Of a stretch of 64,000 nt of DNA, positions 9,795-19,468 are shown one piece after another. Source of the DNA: Verrucomicrobiaceae bacterium (GTDB taxonomy: Bacteria > Verrucomicrobiota > Verrucomicrobiia > Verrucomicrobiales > Akkermansiaceae). Location: the NCBI GenBank assembly GCA_051252135.1, contig JBPOGH010000003.1:237738-301737 (forward strand), written 5' to 3'. Below the pieces are notes generated by a model. The model had not been told where the DNA came from. It worked only from the letters and a program-made list of their open reading frames with translations, and ran no database searches. Each line of letters begins with the position of its first letter. Positions within the stretch are counted from its first letter, which is position 1. Made by a program: the position numbers and the translations under genes.

Positions 9795-11012
9795 TTAGTT
9801 CTCGAGTTTGTCGATGAGGTAGTTGACGGCGCGTTCGACGAAGGCGGGGTCCTGGGCGTTGTTGTCCATGGATTCGACTTCGATGGTGTCGGGAAGTTCC
9901 TTTTGGAGGGACTCCCAGTATGCAGCGTCGAGCTCGGGGTTGTAAAGTTCGCCACCCTCGGCGGAGTAGCTGGAAACGCCCTTGAGGGGCATGAGGAAAA
10001 GGGTGTCCTTGGTGGAGTGTGAGAGTTTTTCGCCGATGGCTTTGGCGACGCGGGCTTGTTCTTCGGCGTTGAGGCGGGGAACGAAGACGTAGGGCGAGTG
10101 CCAGGTGATTTGGTGGTCGGTCCAGCCATCGGGGATGACGCTGGGCTTGCTGACGAGGATGCCGAGGTGCTCGGAACCTCCGGGGACGATGACCTGGGGA
10201 AGGCCGAGTTTTCCGGCGACGGTGAGTCGCTCGGGTCCGCCTGCGCGGAGGACGCCCCAGACGCCGTCGGCGATTTCGCCCAGGCCGTAGTCGAAGACCG
10301 CGTTGATGATGCCTTCTTTCATCATTTGCTCCATGGCGTCACCACCGGCGCCGATGGCGTGGAAGGTGATGACCTCGTAGCCGGCCTTTTCAAAGAGATC
10401 GATGGCGTGCATCGCGCCTTTGGTGAGGACGCCGAGATTGGACATGCCGATGACGCCCTTGGCGGTGGACTTGGTGATGCACTGCTCGGATTGGGCCATG
10501 CCCCAGGCGGCGGCGGCGGCATTGGCGAGGATTTTGCGGGAGAAGACGTTGAGGCCGAGGATATCGGAGACGGCGAACATCATGGTGATGTCCTTGATGC
10601 CAACGAAGGGTGAGGTGTCGCCGGAGGCGGCGGTGGAGAGCATGACCTTCGGGAAGCCATACGGAAGAGCCTGCAGGATGGGAGCGCAGGTGGAAGTGCC
10701 CTGGGTGCCCCCGAGAGTGACGACGGCGTCGATTTTTCCAGCTTGCTGGAGTTCAAGGAGGAGCTTGGTGGCTCCGGCAACGATGAAGGGGTTGGATTGC
10801 TCGCGGCTGGGTTTGACGAGGAGTTCGTCGAGATTGCCTCCGCCTGCGGAGATGACTTCCTGTTTTGAGATGTCGGCCTTGAGTTCGGAATCGCCCACGA
10901 GGGAGAGGTCAACGAGGAGTGCCTTGCCGCCGAGGGACTCGATCTCGGTGCGCATGAAGTCGGCCTCGGCCGCTTTGGTGTCGAGGGTAGCGAGAATGGC
11001 AACGGTTTTCAT
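9795..11012 (-). CDS. Tm-1-like ATP-binding domain protein (UPF0261)
   Basis: ILATLDTK, GGTQGT, LPYGFPKVMLST, FHAIGAGGDAME, LPQVIVPG. Confidence 0.9.
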   Translation of the reverse strand: MKTVAILATLDTKAAEADFMRTEIESLGGKALLVDLSLVGDSELKADISKQEVISAGGGNLDELLVKPSREQSNPFIVAGATKLLLELQQAGKIDAVVTLGGTQGTSTCAPILQALPYGFPKVMLSTAASGDTSPFVGIKDITMMFAVSDILGLNVFSRKILANAAAAAWGMAQSEQCITKSTAKGVIGMSNLGVLTKGAMHAIDLFEKAGYEVITFHAIGAGGDAMEQMMKEGIINAVFDYGLGEIADGVWGVLRAGGPERLTVAGKLGLPQVIVPGGSEHLGILVSKPSVIPDGWTDHQITWHSPYVFVPRLNAEEQARVAKAIGEKLSHSTKDTLFLMPLKGVSSYSAEGGELYNPELDAAYWESLQKELPDTIEVESMDNNAQDPAFVERAVNYLIDKLEN

Positions 11013-11174
11013 GGGGAGAAGGAATACATCAAGATGAGGCAATCGTCTTGAAGAAAAGAGGGTGTTTTTTGAATAAAATCGTCAAATGGGGCCATTTTGG
11101 GCGCTCTTTGGGATTGTTAGATGCCGGAGATCCCCCTTGACCGCCAATCGGCAGGACCATAGTCAGGATGTGTT

Positions 11175-11687
11175 ATGAAACTACTGAACGCACTTGCAGT
11201 TGCCCTCATTATCCCCTTCACCATCGTTTCCTGTAAGAAGGGGGCTGAGGAAGCTGACAAGGGAGCCGAGACCGATTCCGCCCCGAAAGCGGACACCCAT
11301 GAAGCCATCACCGAGGAATACTTTGGCTACATGGAAGACGCGATGAACTCCATGGGCACCATCCGCGACAAAGCATCGGCCGAAAAATTCATTGCTGATG
11401 CCCAGGCCCTGCAACCAAAACTGGAAGCGATCCAGACTCGTGCAGAAGCGCTTCCCGCACCGACCGAGGAGCAGAAGGCGGCCATTCAAGCGACCCACAA
11501 AGAGATCGAGGCTCGAATTGCGACCAAGCAGGAGGAAGCCGGTAAGGCGATGCAGACCAATCCCCCTTCACCTGAAGACATGGCCGCAATGGGAGCGCTC
11601 CTCCAGGAGTTCATGGGTGGCGAATTTGGCACCAAGATGGAAGAAATCACCAACAGCGTGGACGCCGTTTACGGTCTGAAGAACTAA
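11175..11687 (+). CDS. Hypothetical alpha-helical lipoprotein
   Basis: Lipobox IVSC followed by KK; helical Met/Glu/Ala-rich body. Confidence 0.7.
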   Translation: MKLLNALAVALIIPFTIVSCKKGAEEADKGAETDSAPKADTHEAITEEYFGYMEDAMNSMGTIRDKASAEKFIADAQALQPKLEAIQTRAEALPAPTEEQKAAIQATHKEIEARIATKQEEAGKAMQTNPPSPEDMAAMGALLQEFMGGEFGTKMEEITNSVDAVYGLKN

Positions 11688-11714
11688 GTCAACCGGCTTG
11701 AGCCGACACATTTT

Positions 11715-11749
11715 AAAACCATCGCGGGATTCTCCTGCGGTGGTTTTTT
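11715..11749. terminator. Bidirectional intrinsic terminator between convergent genes
   Basis: AAAACCATCGCGGGA-TTC-TCCTGCGGTGGTTTTTT. Confidence 0.85.
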
Positions 11750-11754
11750 GATGA

Positions 11755-12486
11755 TTAGATCCGGTAGCGGGAGCGATAGGCCGAGGGAGGTTCCTTGAGG
11801 ATACGGGAGAACTCGCGGGAGAAGTGGGCCTGATCGGCAAAGCCGCAGTGGTGGCTGATTTGGGCAAAGGTCTGGGTGGTGCGGACGATGAGGTGGCAGG
11901 CTTCCTGAACGCGAAGGTGACGGAGGTATTCCTTGGGCGTCATGTTGAAGGTTGCTTTGAATTTGCGCAGGAAACTGCTGAGGGAAAGGTTGGCGGCTTT
12001 CGCCAGCTCGGTGATGGCGATGTTCTCCCGGTAGTGTTGGTGGAGGAGCTTGAGAGAGGGCCCGAGTTCTTCGTTTTTTCTGAGGGAGGTGGTGCCCTGA
12101 TCAAAGGGCCGGGTGATGCCGATGATGCCGCACACCTCCCCTTCCCTGTTGATCAGGGGTTTCTTGGTGGTGGTGGACCAGTCGACAAACCCGCTTCCAC
12201 GCGGGACGAGCTCGACCCGGTTGATGACGGGCTCACCGGTTTCGAGGATGCGGAGGTCGTCCTGCCGGATGTGCTCCAGAATGTGGTCCGGGATGTAGTC
12301 ATCATCCTTCTTTCCCAGGATTTCCTGGGTCGATGACGCCTCGAAGATGTCACAAAGTCTCTGATTGTAAGCGACGTAGCGGAGGTCGCGATCTTTTACG
12401 AAGTAGATGAAGCCGGGAAGATCGTCGAAGATGGAGGCAAGGTGGTTCTCGACGTGGTTCTTTTGAAAGAATCGGTCATCCTGCAC
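11755..12486 (-). CDS. AraC family transcriptional regulator with N-terminal PAS domain
   Basis: FVKDRDLRYVAYN PAS motif; C-terminal CGFADQAHFSREF..PSAYR. Confidence 0.9.
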   Translation of the reverse strand: MQDDRFFQKNHVENHLASIFDDLPGFIYFVKDRDLRYVAYNQRLCDIFEASSTQEILGKKDDDYIPDHILEHIRQDDLRILETGEPVINRVELVPRGSGFVDWSTTTKKPLINREGEVCGIIGITRPFDQGTTSLRKNEELGPSLKLLHQHYRENIAITELAKAANLSLSSFLRKFKATFNMTPKEYLRHLRVQEACHLIVRTTQTFAQISHHCGFADQAHFSREFSRILKEPPSAYRSRYRI

Positions 12487-12542
12487 TCCGGAATAGTGAG
12501 GGGAGAATGGGCAGGAGTGAACCTTAAATTAGAGAGGCTCTT

Positions 12543-13952
12543 TTAACGCGGGGTGAGGTCCTGAAGGGAGGTGGTGAACTTGAGATGCCCGGGGCTGGTC
12601 CCCTTTTCGGTCACGCAACGGTAGGTGCAGGTGGGGTTTGCGGAGGTGAAGTCGAAATCGAGGAGGCCAAAGAAGTTGCCCTTGTTGTAGGAGAATAGGG
12701 CGTGGGGGTTGGCATCGTGGGTGTGGATGTTGGTGACTTTGGCGGTCTCGAACTCGTAGAGGGGGTAGCCGACATCGAAGCCGAGCTTGAACATCTCGTG
12801 GCGGTGGCGATCGCCGGAGAGGAGGAAGACGCCGCCGATTTTTTTGTCGCGGATGAGGGAGAAGATTTCATCACGCTCTTTGGCGTAGCCTTGCCAGGAG
12901 TCCCTTCCCCCCTTGTCGGCGTGCTCGGTCCAGAGGGTGCCGGAGCAGAGGACTTTGAATTTGGACTTCGAGTTGGCGAGGGTTTCCTTGAGCCACGTCT
13001 TTTGAAAATCTCCGAGCATGGACCCGCCCTTGCGATGACGGTAGTAGCGGCCATCGGTCATGATAAAGTGGACGTCGCCAAAGACGAAATCGAAGAAAGT
13101 TCCGGGGTGTTTTTCACCACCGGCGTAGGGTGGGTTGTTCCAGTTCTGCGCGTAGACCTGGAAGTTCCTGAGCTTCCAGTCGGGCTTGAAGGTTTTGGGG
13201 CCGCCTTCATCGTCATCGGCAGCGAAGTCGTGGTCATCCCAAATGGAGTAAATGGGTGTGGTGGCGGTGAGGGTGCGGTAGGCGGGGTGGAATTGGCGGC
13301 GGTAGTAATGGACGCGTTGCTTCTGCTGGTCCTCGGGGAGGTCGATGTAGACGTTGTCGCCCAGAGTGAGGTAGGCGATGGGATTTTGGGCGGCGACGAC
13401 CTTCCAGATGCCTTCGTTTTCCGGGACGTATCGGGAGCAGGCACCGAAGGCGACGGTGAACTTGCCGGTGAAATTTTCCTCGGGGGCGGTGCGGAAGGTG
13501 AGGTTTTCGGGAAGCGGGTTGGCGGGCCGACCGTTGATGAGGAGTTGGTAGGTGTAGCTGGTGTCGGGCTTGAGGCCGGTGATGGAAATGGTGCCGGTGA
13601 GATCGTCGGCGAAGGTGGTTTGGGCGGGGCCGAAAGTTTTGCCATCGGCGAGGAGGACGGTCACTTCGGCGGGTAGGGCGGTGCGGAACCAGACGGAAAC
13701 GGAGGTGGGGCTGAGTTGGCCCAGTGCGGGTCCGCCGAGGAGGGTGAGCTGGTGTTTTTTAAGGAGAGCGAGGTAGTCGGGGTTCTCCGAGAGGGTTTTG
13801 AGGGAGGCGTCGCGATCGGAGGAATCGTAGATTTCACCAACGAGAAGCGGCTCGAGCTCGCCGAGGATGGGAAAATCCTTGGGGGTTGGGAGGAGGGGTT
13901 TGGCGAGAGTGGAGCCGACCAGAAGGCACGTAAGAGCAGATGTCCGAAGCAT
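12543..13952 (-). CDS. Alkaline phosphatase D (PhoD) family protein
   Basis: FGACS, LGDNVYID, WDDHDF, DGRYYR, LSGDRH; start at MLRTSAL. Confidence 0.88.
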   Translation of the reverse strand: MLRTSALTCLLVGSTLAKPLLPTPKDFPILGELEPLLVGEIYDSSDRDASLKTLSENPDYLALLKKHQLTLLGGPALGQLSPTSVSVWFRTALPAEVTVLLADGKTFGPAQTTFADDLTGTISITGLKPDTSYTYQLLINGRPANPLPENLTFRTAPEENFTGKFTVAFGACSRYVPENEGIWKVVAAQNPIAYLTLGDNVYIDLPEDQQKQRVHYYRRQFHPAYRTLTATTPIYSIWDDHDFAADDDEGGPKTFKPDWKLRNFQVYAQNWNNPPYAGGEKHPGTFFDFVFGDVHFIMTDGRYYRHRKGGSMLGDFQKTWLKETLANSKSKFKVLCSGTLWTEHADKGGRDSWQGYAKERDEIFSLIRDKKIGGVFLLSGDRHRHEMFKLGFDVGYPLYEFETAKVTNIHTHDANPHALFSYNKGNFFGLLDFDFTSANPTCTYRCVTEKGTSPGHLKFTTSLQDLTPR

Positions 13953-13974
13953 GTTGTGGATTGAGGTGGAGAGC

Positions 13975-15237
13975 CTACAGCTCGTAGCACATGAGGCGGT
14001 CTTGCTCGCGGAGGTAGAGCTTGCCATCGGCGACGACGGGGTGGGCCCAGGACTCGGCTTCCTGGTGGGCGGGCATAAAGGAGCCTTTGAGCCTGTAGCC
14101 TTTGGGAGAGGCTTCGATGAGGGCGACGTGTCCGCTTTGGTAGCGGTAGATGAGGTGGCCATCGACGTAGGTGACGCAGGCGGATCCGTGTCCGGGGCCT
14201 TTTTCGGGGCCCCATTTGACCTCGCCGGTTTTCAGTTCGACGCAGATGGGGTCACCGCCGTTGTGCTTGTGGGCGCAGTAGATGTGGCCATCGACGAGGA
14301 CCATGCCGCCGTGGTGGTTTTGGAGGGTTTTGGGTTTGAGGAAGTAGACTTCCTCGGCGACGGCGCCGCTGCCTTTCGGGACGAGTTTGAGAAGGGCGGA
14401 CCCTGTGCCGTAGCCGGTGGAGCAGAAGACGTAGTCGCCCTCGACAATGGGAGTGGGGATGTTGGCGGTGGAGTTGGCGACGTCATTGTAGTTCCACATG
14501 AAGCGGCCGTCCTTGGCGCGGACGCCGATGACGCCGCGTCCGGTCATTTGGACGTATTGTTTCACGCCGCCGCCATTGGAGATGACGATGGAACCGTAGC
14601 CGGCTCCGTCTTTTCCTTTCTTGCCGACGTCACCGAGTTTCGTTTTCCACTTGGTGGCTCCGGTCATTTTATCGAGGGAGACCATGAAGGCTTTGTCGGA
14701 ACCGGGGGTGCAGATGACGCGGTCGCCATCGACAAGGGGAGATTCGGAAAAGCCCCAGCCGGACATCATTTTGCCGTCCCATTCTTCTTTGAAATCCTTG
14801 GACCAGAGGACGTTGCCCTTGGTGCTGAGGCAGGCGATGACGCCGTTGGAGGTGGTGAGGTAGATGCGGTCGCCATCGACGGTGGGAACGGAGCGGGCAC
14901 CGCCGTAGCCGTGCTCGGGGACGTGATCGGTGACGGGAGTTTGCCAGAGGAGGGAGCCGTCTTTTTGGGAAAAGGCGGAAGCGCCCTGGCCACCGTCGAA
15001 ATTACCGGTGGTGTAGATGACGCCATCGGCGACGGAAACGGAGGAAAAGCCGCGGCCTGCGCCCTCAACATTCCAGAGGAGCTTGGGAGGCGACTTTTCC
15101 CAGTCCTTGTTGATCCCGGTTTCAGAGGAGAGCCCGGTGCGGTCGGGACCTCGCCACTGGGGCCAGTCCTTGGCCTGAAGGAAGGTGGTGGAGCCGAAGG
15201 CCATGAGAGAAAGAGTGGCAAGGAGGGAGGAATTCAT
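13975..15237 (-). CDS. PQQ-binding-like beta-propeller repeat protein
   Basis: DWPQWRGPDRTG, SPLVDGDRV, WAHPVVADGKLYLR. Confidence 0.88.
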   Translation of the reverse strand: MNSSLLATLSLMAFGSTTFLQAKDWPQWRGPDRTGLSSETGINKDWEKSPPKLLWNVEGAGRGFSSVSVADGVIYTTGNFDGGQGASAFSQKDGSLLWQTPVTDHVPEHGYGGARSVPTVDGDRIYLTTSNGVIACLSTKGNVLWSKDFKEEWDGKMMSGWGFSESPLVDGDRVICTPGSDKAFMVSLDKMTGATKWKTKLGDVGKKGKDGAGYGSIVISNGGGVKQYVQMTGRGVIGVRAKDGRFMWNYNDVANSTANIPTPIVEGDYVFCSTGYGTGSALLKLVPKGSGAVAEEVYFLKPKTLQNHHGGMVLVDGHIYCAHKHNGGDPICVELKTGEVKWGPEKGPGHGSACVTYVDGHLIYRYQSGHVALIEASPKGYRLKGSFMPAHQEAESWAHPVVADGKLYLREQDRLMCYEL

Positions 15238-15459
15238 CCCTTTGATTACGTCAGGGATTCTTTGTTTCTACGATGAAAAAATAGGGAGCTCCCCTGCCCT
15301 GCTGCCTGATCCCGGAGGCCCATTTGAAAAGATGACCCAAGCCGCCCTAAAAAAATAGTCTCCTGTAAAGAAACAAGGCACAACCGGGGTTGATGACACC
15401 GTTGTCTCTCTGACGAATTACTCCGCGAGACGCCACATCTGACTCTTTCCTAAAATACC

Positions 15460-17832
15460 ATGAAACGGAACCACTCCCATCCTGTCCTTATGACCAGTGC
15501 CTTTTTGGCAGCTTTGGCCACCTCGGCCTCCGCGCAGCTCACCTGGACTCCCGATACCAATACATTTTGGGACCTCACAACTGCCAATTGGACCGATAGC
15601 TCCTCCCCTCCCCCGGTTCGCTGGGACAACACGGGAGCGCAGGAGGCGATTTTTGCCGATCCTCTGGGAAGCTCTGTTCAGGTGGCCGACGGCGGGGTTG
15701 TCGTGGGAAATTTGACCACCTCGGGAGTTTTGAGCCTGCAATCCGTGAACGATAATCTGGGGCGGATCACGATCAAAAGCGGAGGAGCGATCTGGAATAC
15801 CGGAGGTTTCGAGATTGGGTTCCTGAACGATCTCGTCAACGACACTCCGCTATCGATTTTATCGGGGGATACGCTGGCCATCGCAGGTGGCGGCACCTTC
15901 GACACCGGGGAGAAGCCGGGCACTGACAATGTTGCCAATTGGGTCGCGGCAGGGGCCACCCTTGATCTCACGGAATCCACGGTGGTGCGGGGCAACGCCC
16001 GGAGCATTGGCCAATTTGGCACGGTGAATCTTGTTGATGGCAGCACTTACATCCACGAGCGCAATTCGGACGAAAGTTATGCCAACGACTGGACACTCGG
16101 CGCCGGGACGGTGGTGTTTGGCAACCGTTTCAATCGTAATTTCAATCTGAACGGCGTGGTGAGCGGCGAGGGGACGCTTCATGTTCTTAATCTGGGAAGC
16201 CGGCGCCTCCGGCTGAACAATGTCGCCAACAGCTTTTCCGGCGGCTTGATTATCGATAGTTCAGGCAATCGCACCGAGCTTTTCGTGCAAGGCCCGGGTC
16301 TCCCGTCCAGTGGCGACGGAGCGCTGGGAGCTGTTCCCGCGACTTTTGACCCCGACAACATCATCCTCCGTGAAGGTGGTGAGATTAAGTTCCTGGGTAT
16401 GGTCGACATCGACTCCAACCGTGGAATCACCCTTGATGGAGGAATCGCTGAAAATAAATCCGGGGTCATTGCCATTTCCGGGAGCCCCGTGACCTACGGT
16501 GGAACGATCACCGGCACCGGTGGACTTCAGGTGGGGTCGACAGTGGGGAATGATGCCAATGGCATTCTGCTGACAAGTGATACCCACGACTACACCGGCG
16601 GCACCACGATTCACCAAGGACGTCTCATTCTTGGGATCGATGAAGCCTTGCCTTCCGATACGACCCTCACCATCGGAGGCAAGAACAGCTCTCTCTTCGT
16701 CCTCAATGGCTTCACGCAGACTCTCTCCGGTCTGACCACTGCAGGGAACAACACCCGCCAAATCATCAACTTTGATGCCGCCACATCTCCCTCGGTTCCG
16801 GCCACCGCCGGGACGGTGATCTTGGACATCACAGACCTGGTCGAGGCCGATCAGGAGTTTGTCTTTGGCTCCGCCTTCGGGGTCAACGAGAACACCGATG
16901 CGGGCAACCTCAATATCATTAAAAATGGTGCCGGGGCCATCCGGCTGGACAATGTGAGAGTTGCAGGCACCGTCGATATCAACACGGGCGGTCTTCAGCT
17001 CGGAAACTCGGTGGGCAGCTGCGCCGTGGGAGAGCTCACGAACAATGCTTCCCTCGTCATTGATGAAGCGATCACCGCCTCCTCCTACGCTGCTGGAGCG
17101 AGCAGCGAGACGACCTTTAACTGGGAAGTCTCGGACTGGACCGGTGCGGCCGGAACAGGCTTCACGCAACTCACAGTGACGGGAGATGTGACCCTTGATC
17201 CCACCAGCACCCTCAACATCGTGGTGGAAGAAGCAGACCTGGTAAATTTCACTGACGAGGCTGCCAGCTTCCAGATTACCGTCATCGGAGGAACAACGAC
17301 CCTCACGCCGAACTTCACTCTCGATACCTCTGGCTTCACATCTGGAAGCGGAACTTGGGCTCTCCGCCCGGATGGAGAGAATCTCTTCCTCGATTACACT
17401 GCAGGTGCCGCCGGTTCCTACACCGATTGGGCCGATGGATTTACGGGTCTTACCGGTGGCTTCGGAGACGATGATGACAGCGATGGGGTGACCAATGGTT
17501 TTGAGTATTTCTTTTTCAATAGTGATCCGACCGTGGCCAGCAATTTGGGAGCAGCCTTGTCTGCAAATGGCACTTCGGGTTCCGGAGACTTCGTCTTTTC
17601 CCACGATCGTCCGCTGGATCTCTCCGACGTGACGGTGACTTACGAGTGGTCGACGGCCCTTGATGGTGACTGGACCGCGAGCGGCGTGGAGAATGGCGGG
17701 ACGACGGTCACCATCACTCCCAGTGCGATTGCTCCAGCCGCAACCGGCTATGAGACCGTGACACTGACGGCCTCCAGCGCACCTGCGACCTTGGAGAAGG
17801 TCTTTGTGCGGGTGGTGGTGAGCATGCCTTAG
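15460..17832 (+). CDS. Secreted autotransporter-associated beta-strand repeat protein with C-terminal module
   Basis: YTGGTTIHQGRL-type repeats, KNGAGAIRL, DDDDSDGVTNGFEY; ends KVFVRVVVSMP; no beta-barrel. Confidence 0.75.
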   Translation: MKRNHSHPVLMTSAFLAALATSASAQLTWTPDTNTFWDLTTANWTDSSSPPPVRWDNTGAQEAIFADPLGSSVQVADGGVVVGNLTTSGVLSLQSVNDNLGRITIKSGGAIWNTGGFEIGFLNDLVNDTPLSILSGDTLAIAGGGTFDTGEKPGTDNVANWVAAGATLDLTESTVVRGNARSIGQFGTVNLVDGSTYIHERNSDESYANDWTLGAGTVVFGNRFNRNFNLNGVVSGEGTLHVLNLGSRRLRLNNVANSFSGGLIIDSSGNRTELFVQGPGLPSSGDGALGAVPATFDPDNIILREGGEIKFLGMVDIDSNRGITLDGGIAENKSGVIAISGSPVTYGGTITGTGGLQVGSTVGNDANGILLTSDTHDYTGGTTIHQGRLILGIDEALPSDTTLTIGGKNSSLFVLNGFTQTLSGLTTAGNNTRQIINFDAATSPSVPATAGTVILDITDLVEADQEFVFGSAFGVNENTDAGNLNIIKNGAGAIRLDNVRVAGTVDINTGGLQLGNSVGSCAVGELTNNASLVIDEAITASSYAAGASSETTFNWEVSDWTGAAGTGFTQLTVTGDVTLDPTSTLNIVVEEADLVNFTDEAASFQITVIGGTTTLTPNFTLDTSGFTSGSGTWALRPDGENLFLDYTAGAAGSYTDWADGFTGLTGGFGDDDDSDGVTNGFEYFFFNSDPTVASNLGAALSANGTSGSGDFVFSHDRPLDLSDVTVTYEWSTALDGDWTASGVENGGTTVTITPSAIAPAATGYETVTLTASSAPATLEKVFVRVVVSMP

Positions 17833-17848
17833 TGAATCACCTTTTGAG

Positions 17849-17885
17849 AAAGCCTCGGGAGCGATGTGCTTCCGGGGCTTTTTTT
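17849..17885 (+). terminator. Intrinsic terminator
   Basis: AAAGCCTCGGGAGC-GATGT-GCTTCCGGGGCTTTTTTT. Confidence 0.85.
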
Positions 17886-17995
17886 AGGGTTCGAGGATGG
17901 GAACCCCGGGTTGAGGATCGGGATTCTTCCGGAGCTGCTTTGCGCGGTGAAGAGATGGACGTTGTGCAGCGCCCGTTGATTGGTGAGTGTAGGCC

Positions 17996-19408
17996 GTGCA
18001 CGTATCGTTTGAAGATCTTCAGTTGTCGCCTGCATTGATTGGGGTGGTTCGTGATCTTGGTTACGTCGAGCCGACTCCGATTCAGGTGGAGGCGATTCCG
18101 GCGCTGTTGGCAGGGCGGGATGTGATTGGGCAGTCGCGGACAGGGAGTGGGAAGACGGCGGCTTTTGCGCTGCCGATCTTGCAGGGGATTGAGGTGGGGC
18201 GACGGGAGTTGCAGGCGTTGGTGCTTTGTCCGACTCGGGAGCTCACGGCGCAGGTGGGGCGGGAGATGCGGAGGCTGGGGCGGGACTGCCATGGACTTCA
18301 GGTTTTGGAGCTGGTGGGTGGACAGCCATCGCGGGCGCAACGGGACGGGCTTGAGCGGGGGGCGCAGGTGGCGGTTGGGACGCCGGGGCGGGTGCTTGAT
18401 TTGTTGGAACGGGGATTCGTGAAGCCGGAGTTGATCAAGGTGCTGGTGCTGGATGAGGCGGACCGGATGTTGGATATGGGGTTTGGCGATGAGGTGGATG
18501 AAATCATCAGTCATTTGCCGAAGGAGAGGCAGACGGCGCTTTTTTCGGCGACTTTTCCGCAGGCGATCGAGGCGATGAGCCGGGAAGTTCAGCGGGATGC
18601 GCTGCGGATCACGGTTGGTTTGGTGGACGAGGACGAAGTGAGTATTCGGCAGGGGAAGATTTGTTATGGGGAGGCGGATAAGCTTTTGGCTCTTTGTTGG
18701 GCGCTGGGATCGCAGCCGATTGGATCGGCGCTCGTTTTTTGCAATCAGAAGGTGACGGTGCGCGAGGTGTTGGAGCGGTTGAGGCGCGGAGGGGTGAGTG
18801 TGGATCGTTTTGATGGAGACCTGGAGCAGTTTGATCGTGATCAGGTGCTGGCCCGATTTCGGAACGGGAGTGTGCGGGTGTTGGTAGCGACGGATGTCGC
18901 GGGGCGCGGGCTGGATGTGGAGGGGTTGGATCTGGTAATTAATTATGATCTGCCGGAGCAGGCCGAAATTTATGTGCACCGGATCGGGCGGACGGGACGG
19001 GCAGGCGCGAACGGGGTGGCGATCTCGCTGGTGGAGGATGAGCGGGACTGGCGGCTCGAAGAGATCGAGGACTTCACGGGGCAGAAGATCGAAGATTGGG
19101 ATCGTTCTGCGAGTGAGGGCTTGGGGCTTGAGGAGCTACTGAAGCAACTGGCTGAGGGGCCTAAGATGGAGACGATTTTGATTTCCGGAGGGCGGAAGGA
19201 TAAGGTGCGGAAGGGTGATATCCTGGGGGCGTTGACGGGCGATGCCGGAGGGTTGGGCGGGAAGGAGATTGGGAAGATCGAGGTGCAGGATAAGTTATCT
19301 TATGTGGCGGTCCCGCGGGGAGTGATTGAGGACGCGGTGGCTTGCCTCAATAAGGGGAGGATCAAGGGGAAGAGATTTCGGACGACCTGGGTTGGAGGCG
19401 CGAAGTGA
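17996..19408 (+). CDS. dbpA: ATP-dependent RNA helicase DbpA
   Basis: GSGKT, PTREL, DEAD, SAT, HRIGRTGR, and C-terminal RNA-binding domain GGRKDKVRKGDILGALTG. Confidence 0.9.
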   Translation: MHVSFEDLQLSPALIGVVRDLGYVEPTPIQVEAIPALLAGRDVIGQSRTGSGKTAAFALPILQGIEVGRRELQALVLCPTRELTAQVGREMRRLGRDCHGLQVLELVGGQPSRAQRDGLERGAQVAVGTPGRVLDLLERGFVKPELIKVLVLDEADRMLDMGFGDEVDEIISHLPKERQTALFSATFPQAIEAMSREVQRDALRITVGLVDEDEVSIRQGKICYGEADKLLALCWALGSQPIGSALVFCNQKVTVREVLERLRRGGVSVDRFDGDLEQFDRDQVLARFRNGSVRVLVATDVAGRGLDVEGLDLVINYDLPEQAEIYVHRIGRTGRAGANGVAISLVEDERDWRLEEIEDFTGQKIEDWDRSASEGLGLEELLKQLAEGPKMETILISGGRKDKVRKGDILGALTGDAGGLGGKEIGKIEVQDKLSYVAVPRGVIEDAVACLNKGRIKGKRFRTTWVGGAK

Positions 19409-19468
19409 CCCGGGGGAGGCCTCGTTTCACGGACACTATACGGGGCCAAGGGACGCCCACTCTTCAGA

